64,000 nt of DNA from an uncultured Fibrobacterota bacterium (GCA_963753345.1 CAVWBU010000019.1:103157-167156); one strand, 5' to 3'; positions 49,562 to 59,956 are shown, counted from the stretch's first letter. The notes: generated from the letters alone by a model not told the origin. A program made the numbers and translations.

Positions 49562-52366
49562 ATGCGATCACTTATCATTCTTGCTTCACTCATCATCACC
49601 CTGGCAGGTTTTTCATCAGCCTGCCTTGCCCAAACCTACAGCGGCGAACCGAGCAACCGCGCAAGAATCAATCTGAGCGGATTCCAGGGAGGGTGGAAAT
49701 TCATCCAGGCAGATCCTATCAACGCCCAGGACACAGCGTTTAACGACGCGTCGTGGAGCACGGTCGGCATCCCGCACACCTGGAACGACATGAACACGTT
49801 CCTGAACATGGATGCCGGCGGAAACGCGGGCTCGCTCCTGGGGATCACCGGCTGGTACCGGAAACATTTCACCCTTGACAACGGGTATGCGGGGAGAAAA
49901 ATCTTTATCGAGTTCGAGGGCGCTCATATAGGCGCGCAGGTGTATATCAACAAGACGTTTATTCCCGGCAACAGCGCGGTGAACCCTCAGGCCACGCACG
50001 TAATCGGGTTCCTGCCGTTTGTTGTGGACATCACGCCGTACGTGAAATTCGGCGGCAGCGACAATGTTCTGGCGGTCCGGGTATCCACCGGCTCGGGCTG
50101 GTTCACCTATCCGTTTTTTTCGGAAAATTTCCGGTTCGGCCAGGGCGACGGCGGATTATTCCGGCCCGTGTGGATGCACGTGACCGACAAGGTGCACATT
50201 CCCCTCAATGTGTTCTCCGTTGTGAATAACTGGGGCACGTGCGTGGCAACGATGTCGGCCTCGGACGCGTCGGCCACGGTGCGAATCCTTACCAACGTTC
50301 AAAATGAAAACAGCGCGGCTGTCACCGTTTCCCTCACGACCAACGTGGTGGACTCGGCCGGCAACGTCGTCCTGTCGAACAACGATTCTCATGCCGTCAA
50401 CGCGGGCGCATGTTACGTGTTCGACCAGACGGGAACGGTAAGCAGCCCTCATCTGTGGTATCCAAATGCGAGCATCTACGGCAGGCCGTACATGTACAAG
50501 GTATACCACATAGTGAAGGTAGGCGGGCAAACGGTCGACGTTTTCACAAGCCCGCTGGGAATCCGGACCCTCACGTGGGACGCCAATTTTCCCATTTTCA
50601 ACGGCCATCCGCACTATTTATGGGGTGCTGCCCAACGGTACGATTACCCGGCGCTGGGAACCGCGGTTCCGGAGGAACAACTGTGGCGCGATGCCAAAGT
50701 ACTCGCCGAATGCGGCGGACGATGGTTGCGGCCCGGCCATTCCACCTGCTCGCACGAATTCGTGGAAGCCGGCGATGCGTTCGGCGTCTGCATCATCCAA
50801 CCCAGCGGCGATGACGAAGGCACGTTTATGACCCAGGCCCTGGATGTCAATTATACACCGGCACAGGCTGCGTACAACATGGCGCTCAAGAGCGAATGCC
50901 ATCGCGACATGATCGTGCGGGACAGAAACGACCCGTGCATCGCGGCCTGGGAATGCGCCAACGCGCCCATCGACCATGATTACAACGTCACGCTCTGGGA
51001 CACGGTGGTCAAATGGGACACGCTTATGCCGCGCGCGCAGAGTGACCGGGGCAACGACCAATCCGACATGGCCGTCGATCAGGTGATATCATGCTCGCTT
51101 AACGGATGCGAAGTGGGATTGAAGGGAATGGAGCCCAACAAGCCGTGCTACGGCGCCGAGGGCTGGGGCAAAACGGGGACGCGATTCGACTACGACGGCG
51201 AGCTCACGTTCGCTCAGTATTATATGTCAACCTGGAAAAGCGGCAAGAACGTGAAGGCCTTCGGCATGTGCCAGTGGTACATGGCCGAATCGCCCGGCGA
51301 AAGCGGGCTGGGCAGAAATTTCGCCTGCTCCATGATGGACGGGAACCGGATCCCGAAAATGCTTTACAAAATATACGCCGCGAACTGGTTCCCCTATTCG
51401 GTAAGACCCGTGGTGTATCTCGCGCACCACTGGAACCGTTCGGGCGGGATAACGGAGAATGCGTTTTCCAACTGTCCCTCGGTGCGGCTGCTTGTCAACG
51501 GGGTCAAGCAGGGCACCGATCAAACGCCCTATCCGGACTCGGGCAGCGGCACCGCGCTTCTTGCACACCAATGTTCTTGGAACGTAACCTGGCAGTCGGG
51601 CACGGTCACGGCCCAGGGCCTTGACGCAAGCGGAAACGTGGTGTGCTCCGACCAGAAAGTCACCGCCGGAAATCCGGACCACATACTGCTCACCGTAGCT
51701 GCGCCCATTGTAAACCCGGCCACCGGCGACACCTTCAGGATAACGGCGAACGGCTCGGACGCGGCATTTGTTCTGGCCACGGTCGTGGACGCAAACAACA
51801 ACTGGTGTCCCACGGCAAGCAACAACGTCACCTTCAGCGTGTCCGGGCCCGGGAATTACCGCGGAGGGGCCGACCAGATGATCGGCGCCGGCGGCGCGAA
51901 TTATCATTCGCCCGGCGACCCGGAGCTCACCGCCGAAGGCGGCATGTGCAAGGTGGCAATTCGTTCCACGTTCACCCCCGGCATGGTGACCGTCAACGCG
52001 ACCTCGGGATCGCTTACGGGAACCACGTCGTTTACCGTGTATCCCGTTCCGGCGCCGCCCCCGGTGTCGGTTCGCGGGCCGGTTTGTCCGGCGGCGCGCA
52101 TGACGCCGGCCTCTATGCGCATTGCAACGGCAGGAGGGATCATACGGTATTATATCAGCCAACCCGCGAATGTTTCCGTGGAAATCCTTGACGCGAGGCG
52201 GAAAGAGGCAATTGTGAAAATCCCGGCCTTGCGCCAGGAGACCGGCTGGCACCAGGCGAGGCCCGCGGCGCCGGGCAACGAAACAATGATGAACAACGGC
52301 GTTTACTTTGTGCGATGTTCGGTTGACGGGCAGAGTGTTGTGAAAAGGGTGGTGATGGTGAGGTGA
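49562..52366 (+). CDS. GH2 glycoside hydrolase with C-terminal sorting-like domain
   Basis: WYRKHF, IFIEFEGA, GGLFRPVW, RDRNDPCIAAWECAN. Confidence 0.88.
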   Translation: MRSLIILASLIITLAGFSSACLAQTYSGEPSNRARINLSGFQGGWKFIQADPINAQDTAFNDASWSTVGIPHTWNDMNTFLNMDAGGNAGSLLGITGWYRKHFTLDNGYAGRKIFIEFEGAHIGAQVYINKTFIPGNSAVNPQATHVIGFLPFVVDITPYVKFGGSDNVLAVRVSTGSGWFTYPFFSENFRFGQGDGGLFRPVWMHVTDKVHIPLNVFSVVNNWGTCVATMSASDASATVRILTNVQNENSAAVTVSLTTNVVDSAGNVVLSNNDSHAVNAGACYVFDQTGTVSSPHLWYPNASIYGRPYMYKVYHIVKVGGQTVDVFTSPLGIRTLTWDANFPIFNGHPHYLWGAAQRYDYPALGTAVPEEQLWRDAKVLAECGGRWLRPGHSTCSHEFVEAGDAFGVCIIQPSGDDEGTFMTQALDVNYTPAQAAYNMALKSECHRDMIVRDRNDPCIAAWECANAPIDHDYNVTLWDTVVKWDTLMPRAQSDRGNDQSDMAVDQVISCSLNGCEVGLKGMEPNKPCYGAEGWGKTGTRFDYDGELTFAQYYMSTWKSGKNVKAFGMCQWYMAESPGESGLGRNFACSMMDGNRIPKMLYKIYAANWFPYSVRPVVYLAHHWNRSGGITENAFSNCPSVRLLVNGVKQGTDQTPYPDSGSGTALLAHQCSWNVTWQSGTVTAQGLDASGNVVCSDQKVTAGNPDHILLTVAAPIVNPATGDTFRITANGSDAAFVLATVVDANNNWCPTASNNVTFSVSGPGNYRGGADQMIGAGGANYHSPGDPELTAEGGMCKVAIRSTFTPGMVTVNATSGSLTGTTSFTVYPVPAPPPVSVRGPVCPAARMTPASMRIATAGGIIRYYISQPANVSVEILDARRKEAIVKIPALRQETGWHQARPAAPGNETMMNNGVYFVRCSVDGQSVVKRVVMVR

Positions 52367-52521
52367 GCCGACAGGAGGTTTATTTTGCCCCAAGCGGGTA
52401 AGGCCGCCATTTTCCCCTGAGGGAATGATTTCATTGCATTGCCCTCAGATAAATCTTGTTTGAAGAACCGGCCGACCGCTGGCCAAAAGTGTTTGCAAAT
52501 GCGGACGGTTTTAATTTGGCC

Positions 52522-54945
52522 CTAGAGGCCACAGTGGACCTGAAGGAACACATAGTATGAATGCATGTTGCCGGTTATCGGATACGGGTTACCGTCTGGA
52601 CTGGGAGCAATCGGATCGTTGTACGGATGATGGACCATCCCCGGTGAACTGTAGAAAACGTAATTGAATAAAGCGACTCCCGTCGTTAATATCGTGTTCA
52701 ATCCGGCATACCTGTCCTTAATCATCAATTGAAATGTCAGGTTTTGATGATAATAGTTTTGCAGCGGATCGTAGAAGTCGTTGAAAAGCTCGAACTGATA
52801 GCCGGTGGATATCGAGGTTTTCGGGGTGAACTTCCAATCGTACTCCAGATAGGCGTTGTTCGACATGGTATTATGATGATATTTACCGTCCATGAGGGAG
52901 TCCGATCTGGGGCCGTAATCGTCCCAATTGTAGATGTTCTTGTACTTCGGGGTCAAAAACATGTCTTTTAGAAATGGGAGGAGCCAGATATATTCGCATT
53001 TGTTTACGAGGTACAACGAAGAGATATTTTCGTCGGCATAATTGAAGTCGAGATGAGGAAAATGTTTGGTAAACTCGTACTTACCTCTCGTGGTGAAATT
53101 GAAGCCGCGGTTCTTGTAAATCTCGTACTGCGCTATCAACATCTCGACGACCGCATCGCGGTAATCCAGGTGATCCACAACGGTAGTGTACAGCATATCA
53201 TTCGTCACGCGCTCCTGGGGGAACTGGGGGAGAATTATGTCCACATTTGAGGCAAGTGTGTGGTTGGGAATGTTGTCCTGTACGTAGCGGAGATAATTCT
53301 TAACGGTAAGCTTTTTATCTTCCGCAAAATCTTTCTGGTACCCTATCAGGGAGTAAAGGTCGATGTCCTTTTCCGGAGCATAGAGATAATCCAGCGGTTG
53401 CCCATTCTGATAGGTCAGTTGAAATGAATTCAACTCGCTCTTCTCGAAAATCCCGCCGAGGGTAAGACTGAGTTTGGGAAGAATATCATATTCCGCATGC
53501 AGATGAAAACCATCGAGTCCCTTGCTCACCTGCCGTTCCATGTTGAAGCTGATGTCGGCAGAATCCTGCACAACGTCCGCAATCCATTTGCCGGTTTTGC
53601 TGTCCTGCCGCAAATATCGCTCGCCGGAAAGATAGTAACTCGGAACATAGGGATAATCCGGGTACGCGTCGTCTTCAATATCGTCCGGCACTCCATTGTT
53701 GTTTCTATCGAAATACAAGTCCGATTTGGGAGGATCGCAATCGTAATTCAAAAAATCTTCCTCCCAGTCGTAAATGCCGTTTTTGTTCTTATCATATTTT
53801 GCCGGTATCACCCCGTCCCAATCTCCCCCTTCCGCCGGAAGCAAATTTAACTTGTAATCCTTGCCGTTTTCCGGAAATTGGTCCCTGTCGTCGTTGTCCT
53901 CTACGAGTTGATACAGGTATTTGTGGGCCGAAGAATCTCCAGTGGGAAAAGCCGGGTCGTAAAACGCCGTCTTGTAATTGTGGTTGACAATATACCCTTC
54001 GCCGCCCAATTTGAATTTTTCGAAAATGTTGGCCACAGCATTGAGGGCGACCGCATTTCCCGGCGCCGGTCGGGAATGACCGTCAATCACTTCCTGGCTC
54101 TGGGCCCATTCGCCGTAGGCCTTGAACCTTGGAAGGTTACAACTGCCGTTAAGCCCGTAGATTTGCAGCGCGCTCGGAGTGTTTGGAAAAGAATCGTTGA
54201 GCGAGCCTGCCATGGAGCCCGGCTTGCCGGTGACCTGATTGCGTGCATCCAGCAACGTGCCCCCGATACTAAGAATGTCCTTGATTTGTTTGTTCACGTG
54301 AATCCCGTGGAGCCAGTCTGCCCCGGGGAGCACTTGGTTGTTCAGCAGGTATTGCCCGTAGTCGTAAATTCCCGTATTTGAGATTCGTGAGTTGATGAAG
54401 GTAACCTCATTCATTCCGCCGAGCAAATCAAAAAATCCGTCAATTCGCGCGCCGCAAAATAAGCTCTGATTGAACGTAAACGGTGTAAATTGGGTTGGAA
54501 TCCTATCGCCAACCATGGCCATGACCCCGCGGTTATCGGCCATGTCGCCGACCTGGACCATGCCGTTTAACCACCTTCTCAGCATGGTAGACACAGCGAC
54601 GTTGGATTGTTCACCACCCGCATTTCCATTCATCGACATATCAAAAAGATTGAATCCTTCGACCAGATGATTCCCTAAAACGTCATAGTAGTCCCATTCG
54701 GGATATTCACCCACCCAACTGGGAGTCAAATAGGAACCCTTCTGGGCGCAATTTTCGTACCCTGCAGGCCTCTGCACTGAAAGGTTGAGGGTGTCGGTGG
54801 AAGGGAAATAGGACAACGCCGGCGCCTCATCCGCACAAAAAAGGAGTACCGTTAGGAACAGAAACAGCTGGTTAAGCGTTTTCATGATGTGCGCTACCGC
54901 CCCTGGTGAAGCTTTACTCCAGATGTGTCGAACAAATCTCTTCAT
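52522..54945 (-). CDS. hypothetical secreted or outer-membrane protein with Asp-rich Ca-binding-like motifs
   Basis: Long ORF with signal peptide; EDNDDRDQFPE, DKNKNGIYDWEED, DRNNNGVPDDIEDD. Confidence 0.75.
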   Translation of the reverse strand: MKRFVRHIWSKASPGAVAHIMKTLNQLFLFLTVLLFCADEAPALSYFPSTDTLNLSVQRPAGYENCAQKGSYLTPSWVGEYPEWDYYDVLGNHLVEGFNLFDMSMNGNAGGEQSNVAVSTMLRRWLNGMVQVGDMADNRGVMAMVGDRIPTQFTPFTFNQSLFCGARIDGFFDLLGGMNEVTFINSRISNTGIYDYGQYLLNNQVLPGADWLHGIHVNKQIKDILSIGGTLLDARNQVTGKPGSMAGSLNDSFPNTPSALQIYGLNGSCNLPRFKAYGEWAQSQEVIDGHSRPAPGNAVALNAVANIFEKFKLGGEGYIVNHNYKTAFYDPAFPTGDSSAHKYLYQLVEDNDDRDQFPENGKDYKLNLLPAEGGDWDGVIPAKYDKNKNGIYDWEEDFLNYDCDPPKSDLYFDRNNNGVPDDIEDDAYPDYPYVPSYYLSGERYLRQDSKTGKWIADVVQDSADISFNMERQVSKGLDGFHLHAEYDILPKLSLTLGGIFEKSELNSFQLTYQNGQPLDYLYAPEKDIDLYSLIGYQKDFAEDKKLTVKNYLRYVQDNIPNHTLASNVDIILPQFPQERVTNDMLYTTVVDHLDYRDAVVEMLIAQYEIYKNRGFNFTTRGKYEFTKHFPHLDFNYADENISSLYLVNKCEYIWLLPFLKDMFLTPKYKNIYNWDDYGPRSDSLMDGKYHHNTMSNNAYLEYDWKFTPKTSISTGYQFELFNDFYDPLQNYYHQNLTFQLMIKDRYAGLNTILTTGVALFNYVFYSSPGMVHHPYNDPIAPSPDGNPYPITGNMHSYYVFLQVHCGL

Positions 54946-55521
54946 TACCCCGCTTCATCGTGGGGATTGATCAACAGCATGCTGCAGGTTGTGGGTAATA
55001 AAATATTGTTCGAGCTTATACCGTGTCAATATACTTTCGGCTTACGTTCGGCCGAGACGCAGGTTTGAGCGGACCACATGCCGGCCGCTCCAGGGTTGGC
55101 CTCCCGGAAAAGAAAGGGCGTCCTCGCCGGACGCCCGGTGTTCCGTTGCATTCATCGCTGGCTTATCTCATGAGAACCGCCGGCTTCACAAACTTGTATC
55201 CGCCAATCAGGCCTCCGCCAGACGCACCAGCGCCGCCAGGGCCGGCATTTCCATTTTTGACAATGGCGGATGGAGATACCTATATTTTCTCTTGAAGCCG
55301 TTCAAGATGCGGACGTCGGCGACGCTTCGAAGTCCCCGACGGGGGGCGACGCTTCGAAGTACCCCGACGGTTCGGGCATCCCTGAAGAGGGACCCGAAGG
55401 GGTAGAACGGGAAAGCGGGGGGAAAGATGAGCGTCTGTAAAGAAACTCTCCTTATACGCCCACCGGCTCGCGAAAAAAGCAATTACCTTTCGGTCAATTC
55501 AGCAAAGCATGGAGCTGTTTT

Positions 55522-57603
55522 ATGAAAGAGCTTCTTTTCGCGACCGGACTCATTGTTGCAGCGACCTGCTATGCAGACATCCTTCCCTCGGACCGTACGG
55601 TCACCTGGGAAGGCAACGTGGGCATCCCGGGCGGCATTCCCCACCGTACCGCTATCTACAAGACCATCGATTCCGCGGCGTATGGCAACGCTGCGACCGA
55701 TGCGGCCTCCATCATCCAAAGCACCATCAATGCCTGCCCCAACGATCAGGTGATCTACCTGCCGTCAGGCACCTACCGCGTCTCCACGGCCCTTGTCATC
55801 AATCATCCCATAATCCTCCGGGGCGCCGGAGCGAATCGCACCACGCTTGTCACTGGCGACCGGATATTGTTCTCTCCTGCCAGCGGAGGATATCCCGGCG
55901 GAGCAGTAGGCAAGGTCATTGATTGGACTGCGGGCTACACCAAGGGAGATACGGTCTTGACACTTGCGAGCGTTGCCGGCTTAAGCGTGGGGCAAGCCAT
56001 TGTCCTGGACCAGCACAACGATACCACGCTGGTGCATGTGCCCGGAGTCGGCGGAGTCCAAACCACTTATTCGCGGGCCGATGACGGCAATTTTGCCAAC
56101 GGCACAGACCGGGCGCAGGGGCAAATGAACGAAATCACCGCTATCAATGCCGCAACCCGCCAAATCACCATCCAGGTGCCGTTGTATTACACCTTCAAAA
56201 GCGCTCTCGCACCCCAAGTATTCTTTTGGGCCGGAAACATGAAAAACGCGGGTATCGAAGACTTGAGGATTGACTCCAGAAACAACAGCTCCAGGGCCGT
56301 TGATTTCGAATTCTGCGACTGCAGCTGGGCCCGGGGTGTCGAGGTGGCGTATCCTGCACGTTCGGCCATCGCCTTTGTCCTTTATTGTTTCCGGCCCGAG
56401 GTGCGCGATTGCTACATCCACGACAGCCAGCTTCCGTTCGGGCCCACGCGCTACGGCGTCGAACTGGGGGACGTTTCAGGCGCGCTTGTTGAGAACAATA
56501 TAATAAGCAGCGTGGTCGGCCCCCTCGTCACCATTAATTGGATAAGCGGATGCGCGATTGCCTATAATTACATTCAAAAGAACACTTTCCAAAACGGCGC
56601 ACAGACCGCCTGGCAGTTCTGCTCCATTGAAACGCATATGTGCCATTCTTTTCAAAACCTCGTCGAGGGGAACATCGCCACCGCTTATGACAATGACGTA
56701 TACTGGGGCTCGGGAAGCCAAATGACGACCTTCAGGAACCGTTTTATCGGGTATGACGGCCCCATGGACAGCCTTTACATCAATGGCACGCACGCGGTCC
56801 GGGTGGATGCCTGGAACCTGTACATGAGCCTTGTCGGCAATGTGGTCGGTTGCAGCGGCTGGCACCGCTATTACGAGCTCGATCCGGCCAACTGGACAGG
56901 ACAGGACGATCGATTCGCCGTGTATGCCCTTGGATGGTGGGATTACATCAGTGATACGATTAATTACGATCCCCTGGTGAAATCAACCATGATTCGCGGT
57001 GGAAATTACGACGTGGCCACGAATGAGGTGATTTGGCGCAGCAATATTCCCGCGGGCGAGGACTCCGCGACTTACCTGACTCAGCAGACATTGCCCACGT
57101 CGTTGTATCGTTCCGAAAAACCTGCCTGGTGGAACGCCTCGCCCTGGCCGCCCATAGGCCCGGAAATAACAACAGGGGACGGTCCGGGCGCGCACACCTG
57201 CGCGATTCCCGCGAAAGATTGCTTCGACCATTCACCCAAGAACCCGGACACCACGCTCCAATTCAATGCAGACAGCTGCTACTGTACCAGCCTCGCTGTG
57301 AAGGTTGTGCCGCCGGCGCGCAGGAATCCGTTGTTCCTTACCGTTTCGCCGAACCGGGGAACGCGGTTCACGATTTTGGTGCAGGGCGTTGAGGCGCCTT
57401 TTTCGGTGCGCATATTCAATCTCCAGGGCCGGCTGGTGAAGACCTTGATTTCCGGCAATGATTTAAAACGGACCGCGGATACCTATCGCGCGATCTGGAC
57501 GGGCATCGATAGTCAGGGCAACAGAGTAGGAAATGGAATATATCTCATCATGGGCAGCATGAAGGAGCGGCGGTTAACGGCGCGCGTACTGCTCTATGAT
57601 TAA
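55522..57603 (+). CDS. secreted pectate-lyase-like beta-helix protein with FlgD Ig-like C-terminal domain
   Basis: IQSTINACP..VIYLPSGTYRV, ILRGAG; VRIFNLQGRLVKTL...WTGIDSQGNRVGNGIY. Confidence 0.8.
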   Translation: MKELLFATGLIVAATCYADILPSDRTVTWEGNVGIPGGIPHRTAIYKTIDSAAYGNAATDAASIIQSTINACPNDQVIYLPSGTYRVSTALVINHPIILRGAGANRTTLVTGDRILFSPASGGYPGGAVGKVIDWTAGYTKGDTVLTLASVAGLSVGQAIVLDQHNDTTLVHVPGVGGVQTTYSRADDGNFANGTDRAQGQMNEITAINAATRQITIQVPLYYTFKSALAPQVFFWAGNMKNAGIEDLRIDSRNNSSRAVDFEFCDCSWARGVEVAYPARSAIAFVLYCFRPEVRDCYIHDSQLPFGPTRYGVELGDVSGALVENNIISSVVGPLVTINWISGCAIAYNYIQKNTFQNGAQTAWQFCSIETHMCHSFQNLVEGNIATAYDNDVYWGSGSQMTTFRNRFIGYDGPMDSLYINGTHAVRVDAWNLYMSLVGNVVGCSGWHRYYELDPANWTGQDDRFAVYALGWWDYISDTINYDPLVKSTMIRGGNYDVATNEVIWRSNIPAGEDSATYLTQQTLPTSLYRSEKPAWWNASPWPPIGPEITTGDGPGAHTCAIPAKDCFDHSPKNPDTTLQFNADSCYCTSLAVKVVPPARRNPLFLTVSPNRGTRFTILVQGVEAPFSVRIFNLQGRLVKTLISGNDLKRTADTYRAIWTGIDSQGNRVGNGIYLIMGSMKERRLTARVLLYD

Positions 57604-57715
57604 GAAGCAAAAACGCAAACCGTTGACTTCCACCAATCTTGTGTTGAGAACCAACCGCCCGCAAACCAAAGCCGTTTGCAATTGCGGAAGGTCATGATTG
57701 AGCGCGTTGTTAGCC
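57604..57715 (-). mobile_element. truncated integron attC site
   Basis: Minus strand GGCTAAC-AACGC-GCTCAATC-ATGACC; R'' matches the cassette start; L'/R' arm not found. Confidence 0.6.
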
Positions 57716-57765
57716 GATATTGCCTTTTGCAAGATGCCCCTACTTGCGAATAGATACTTTCAACT

Positions 57766-58629
57766 TCAATAGACCAGCACAACGCGAAACCCGCTGTCGC
57801 AACAATAACCCGGATCGAGTAGGAAGCGGGTGGCGCTACGGAGGAGAACAAAGGCGTTGCCCCATGAGCCCCCACGTATAACGCGGTACGTACCACTTGC
57901 CGGTCCCGTTGGGTCTGTTTGTGATCCGGCTGAATATGCCCCATACCAGTCGTTGCACCACTGCGACACATTTCCCACCATATCGTAAAGACCCCAACGA
58001 TTCGGCAGTTTCGTCGCTACAGGCTGCGTGCCGTTACAGTTCCACCATGCGCTGGCACCTGAGCCGTTGGTATCAGCCCCCCACCAGTATGCTGTGGTTG
58101 TTCCCGCCCGGCATGCATACTCCCATTCAGCCTCTGTCGGCAGACGGTAACCCTTCTTGGTAAAATCATTGGTGAGATTCGTTAGGAGTGAGCACACCGT
58201 GGAAGGGTTATTGAAATATGTGACTGATGTATACGTGTACACAGTGTCCTTGCCGTCACGCTTGCTGCGAGCGTTGCAGTATAATACCGCATCAAACCAG
58301 GTTACAGCATCCATTGGCATATTCGAGTCGGTGGCAGAATTGGCATTATTCAATTTCATGAGTTTGTAATAATCCGCTTGTGTCACGTCAGTGCTATCCA
58401 TGTAAAATGTCGAGACTGTAACTTGATGCACTGGCTGTGCGCCAGCATCAGTTGTATCACTTGACCCCATCGTGAACGTCCCGCCAGTTATCAGGTGCAT
58501 TCCTGGCAGTGTCGGTGTGCTGGTCGGCGAGACACTTTTGTCAACTGACGTGCACGATATGGCCAAACCCAAAACAGCTGCAATTATTTTCGAACTATGG
58601 TTCAGCCTTGACAATGTTGATATGCACAT
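57766..58629 (-). CDS. FGE-sulfatase (SUMF1-like) domain lipoprotein, integron cassette 2
   Basis: GGTFTMGS, YRLPTEAEWEYACRAG, GLYDMVGNVSQWC, RGGSW. Confidence 0.9.
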   Translation of the reverse strand: MCISTLSRLNHSSKIIAAVLGLAISCTSVDKSVSPTSTPTLPGMHLITGGTFTMGSSDTTDAGAQPVHQVTVSTFYMDSTDVTQADYYKLMKLNNANSATDSNMPMDAVTWFDAVLYCNARSKRDGKDTVYTYTSVTYFNNPSTVCSLLTNLTNDFTKKGYRLPTEAEWEYACRAGTTTAYWWGADTNGSGASAWWNCNGTQPVATKLPNRWGLYDMVGNVSQWCNDWYGAYSAGSQTDPTGPASGTYRVIRGGSWGNAFVLLRSATRFLLDPGYCCDSGFRVVLVY

Positions 58630-58673
58630 AAGAGATGTACCTCAAAGAATCAGTGAGATGGATTTATGTGATC

Positions 58674-58749
58674 GGCCAACGTGGCCTTAAGCCGCCGGTA
58701 CGACTGCATTACGATTTCGGCCGGTCATGGCTTAAAGGCCTTGTTAGCC
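58674..58749 (-). mobile_element. integron attC site (76 bp)
   Basis: Minus strand R'' GGCTAAC, 5-nt spacer, L'' CTTTAAGC ... L' GCTTAAG, 5-nt spacer, R' GTTGGCC. Confidence 0.82.
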
Positions 58750-58794
58750 GTTATTCCTATCTTGGTCAATATGTCCATGTCAGCATTCCATAGG

Positions 58795-59571
58795 CTAAGG
58801 TGTGCCTGAGCAGCGCTGTGTCGATTTCCACGTCGAGTCAAAAGAAAAGATAAATTGGGACATGCTATCTGATATCGAGCATAGCAGATTGTTGCGCACT
58901 TGGAAAGTACGAAGCATTGGAAGACTCATTATCTCAATTGGCAAAGAATCAATATTGTTATTTGAAAGATAAAGATACACTAGATGTGTTAGTGATGCGA
59001 TATCCAAAGGAATTCGAGAAAGCTTATTGTTGGTAAGGCTAAGAAGGTATAGCACGTCGGGATTAATATTGATCGAATCCAAAACATTCAAGCGATTACT
59101 GTCAAGATAGAAATATGCGACCTTGGGAAAGAAAGACAAGTTCTCTGGTATTCCAGTTTGGTAATTACCGCGCAGGCTTAAATCGTAAACATTCGAAAAG
59201 GTATCGAACGTTGCAGGAATAAACAGTACTTTGAATCTGAGATTGTCTAACCACAACTGGCCCAAGCTTTCGAGATGACAGATTTCTTGCGGTACAAAGA
59301 AGGTGTCAATTGAATCGGGATACCCGTTGGAATTCCCGTTAAGCTGTATGGAAATGACTGTTCCCAATTCATTAGAAGTATGGGCCACCGATTGGACACT
59401 CGCTTGAATATTATTCTTCTGAAGAAGAAGGCTGACGATTGCGCCATCATGGCTGTTTGGGGGATATTCCCAACCCGAGGGATAAGAGTTATCATTCTGT
59501 GGAGTAAATAAGGAACTTAATATAGAGCATGAAAGCAGCAAAACAGGAAGAGTCATTAGGATTAGTCTCAT
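58795..59571 (-). CDS. leucine-rich-repeat lipoprotein, integron cassette 1
   Basis: LLLSC lipobox; LxLxxNxL repeats (LSLTNNKLSRIP, LYLSNNNIDSLP); low GC. Confidence 0.85.
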   Translation of the reverse strand: MRLILMTLPVLLLSCSILSSLFTPQNDNSYPSGWEYPPNSHDGAIVSLLLQKNNIQASVQSVAHTSNELGTVISIQLNGNSNGYPDSIDTFFVPQEICHLESLGQLWLDNLRFKVLFIPATFDTFSNVYDLSLRGNYQTGIPENLSFFPKVAYFYLDSNRLNVLDSININPDVLYLLSLTNNKLSRIPLDIASLTHLVYLYLSNNNIDSLPIEIMSLPMLRTFQVRNNLLCSISDSMSQFIFSFDSTWKSTQRCSGTP

Positions 59572-59627
59572 ATTCCTGATCCTTTCCGAATAAGAATAAT
59601 GAGCACGTGGACCTTCCGAATATTGTC

Positions 59628-59650
59628 GGCTAACGGGTATTAGTCATCAA
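59628..59650 (-). mobile_element. attI-like core site at the start of cassette 1
   Basis: Minus strand GACTAATACCC-GTTAGCC; GTTAGCCG complements the CGGCTAAC of this cassette's attC. Confidence 0.5.
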
Positions 59651-59956
59651 ACGCCCTAATGGTCAACCATCTTAATCGCTGCATTTCCTTTTTCGTTTAA
59701 TCAGGTTCCTCGCTACTCAAGCCGCAAACCGCCTATTTGCCGACTGCATGGCCACTTTGCAAAAACTACGTATTCGTTAGTCGAAAAGCAAGTTTATTGT
59801 CCCGTAGGTCAAGGCACGAGTTGATGAGTTGAGGGGTTGGGAAGTTGAGATTGGTGCAAGAAAGCTGTTGAGTGCGGATTGTCACTGGGTTCGGCCCAAA
59901 ATCCGATCGGTCGCCTATGGAGAAACCAAGGCGGCATCAACAAGCGGACACTTTCA

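Noticed and set aside
55140-55260. c-di-GMP riboswitch upstream of the 807-aa gene
   Set aside because: Only vague resemblance; the core GEMM motifs are absent
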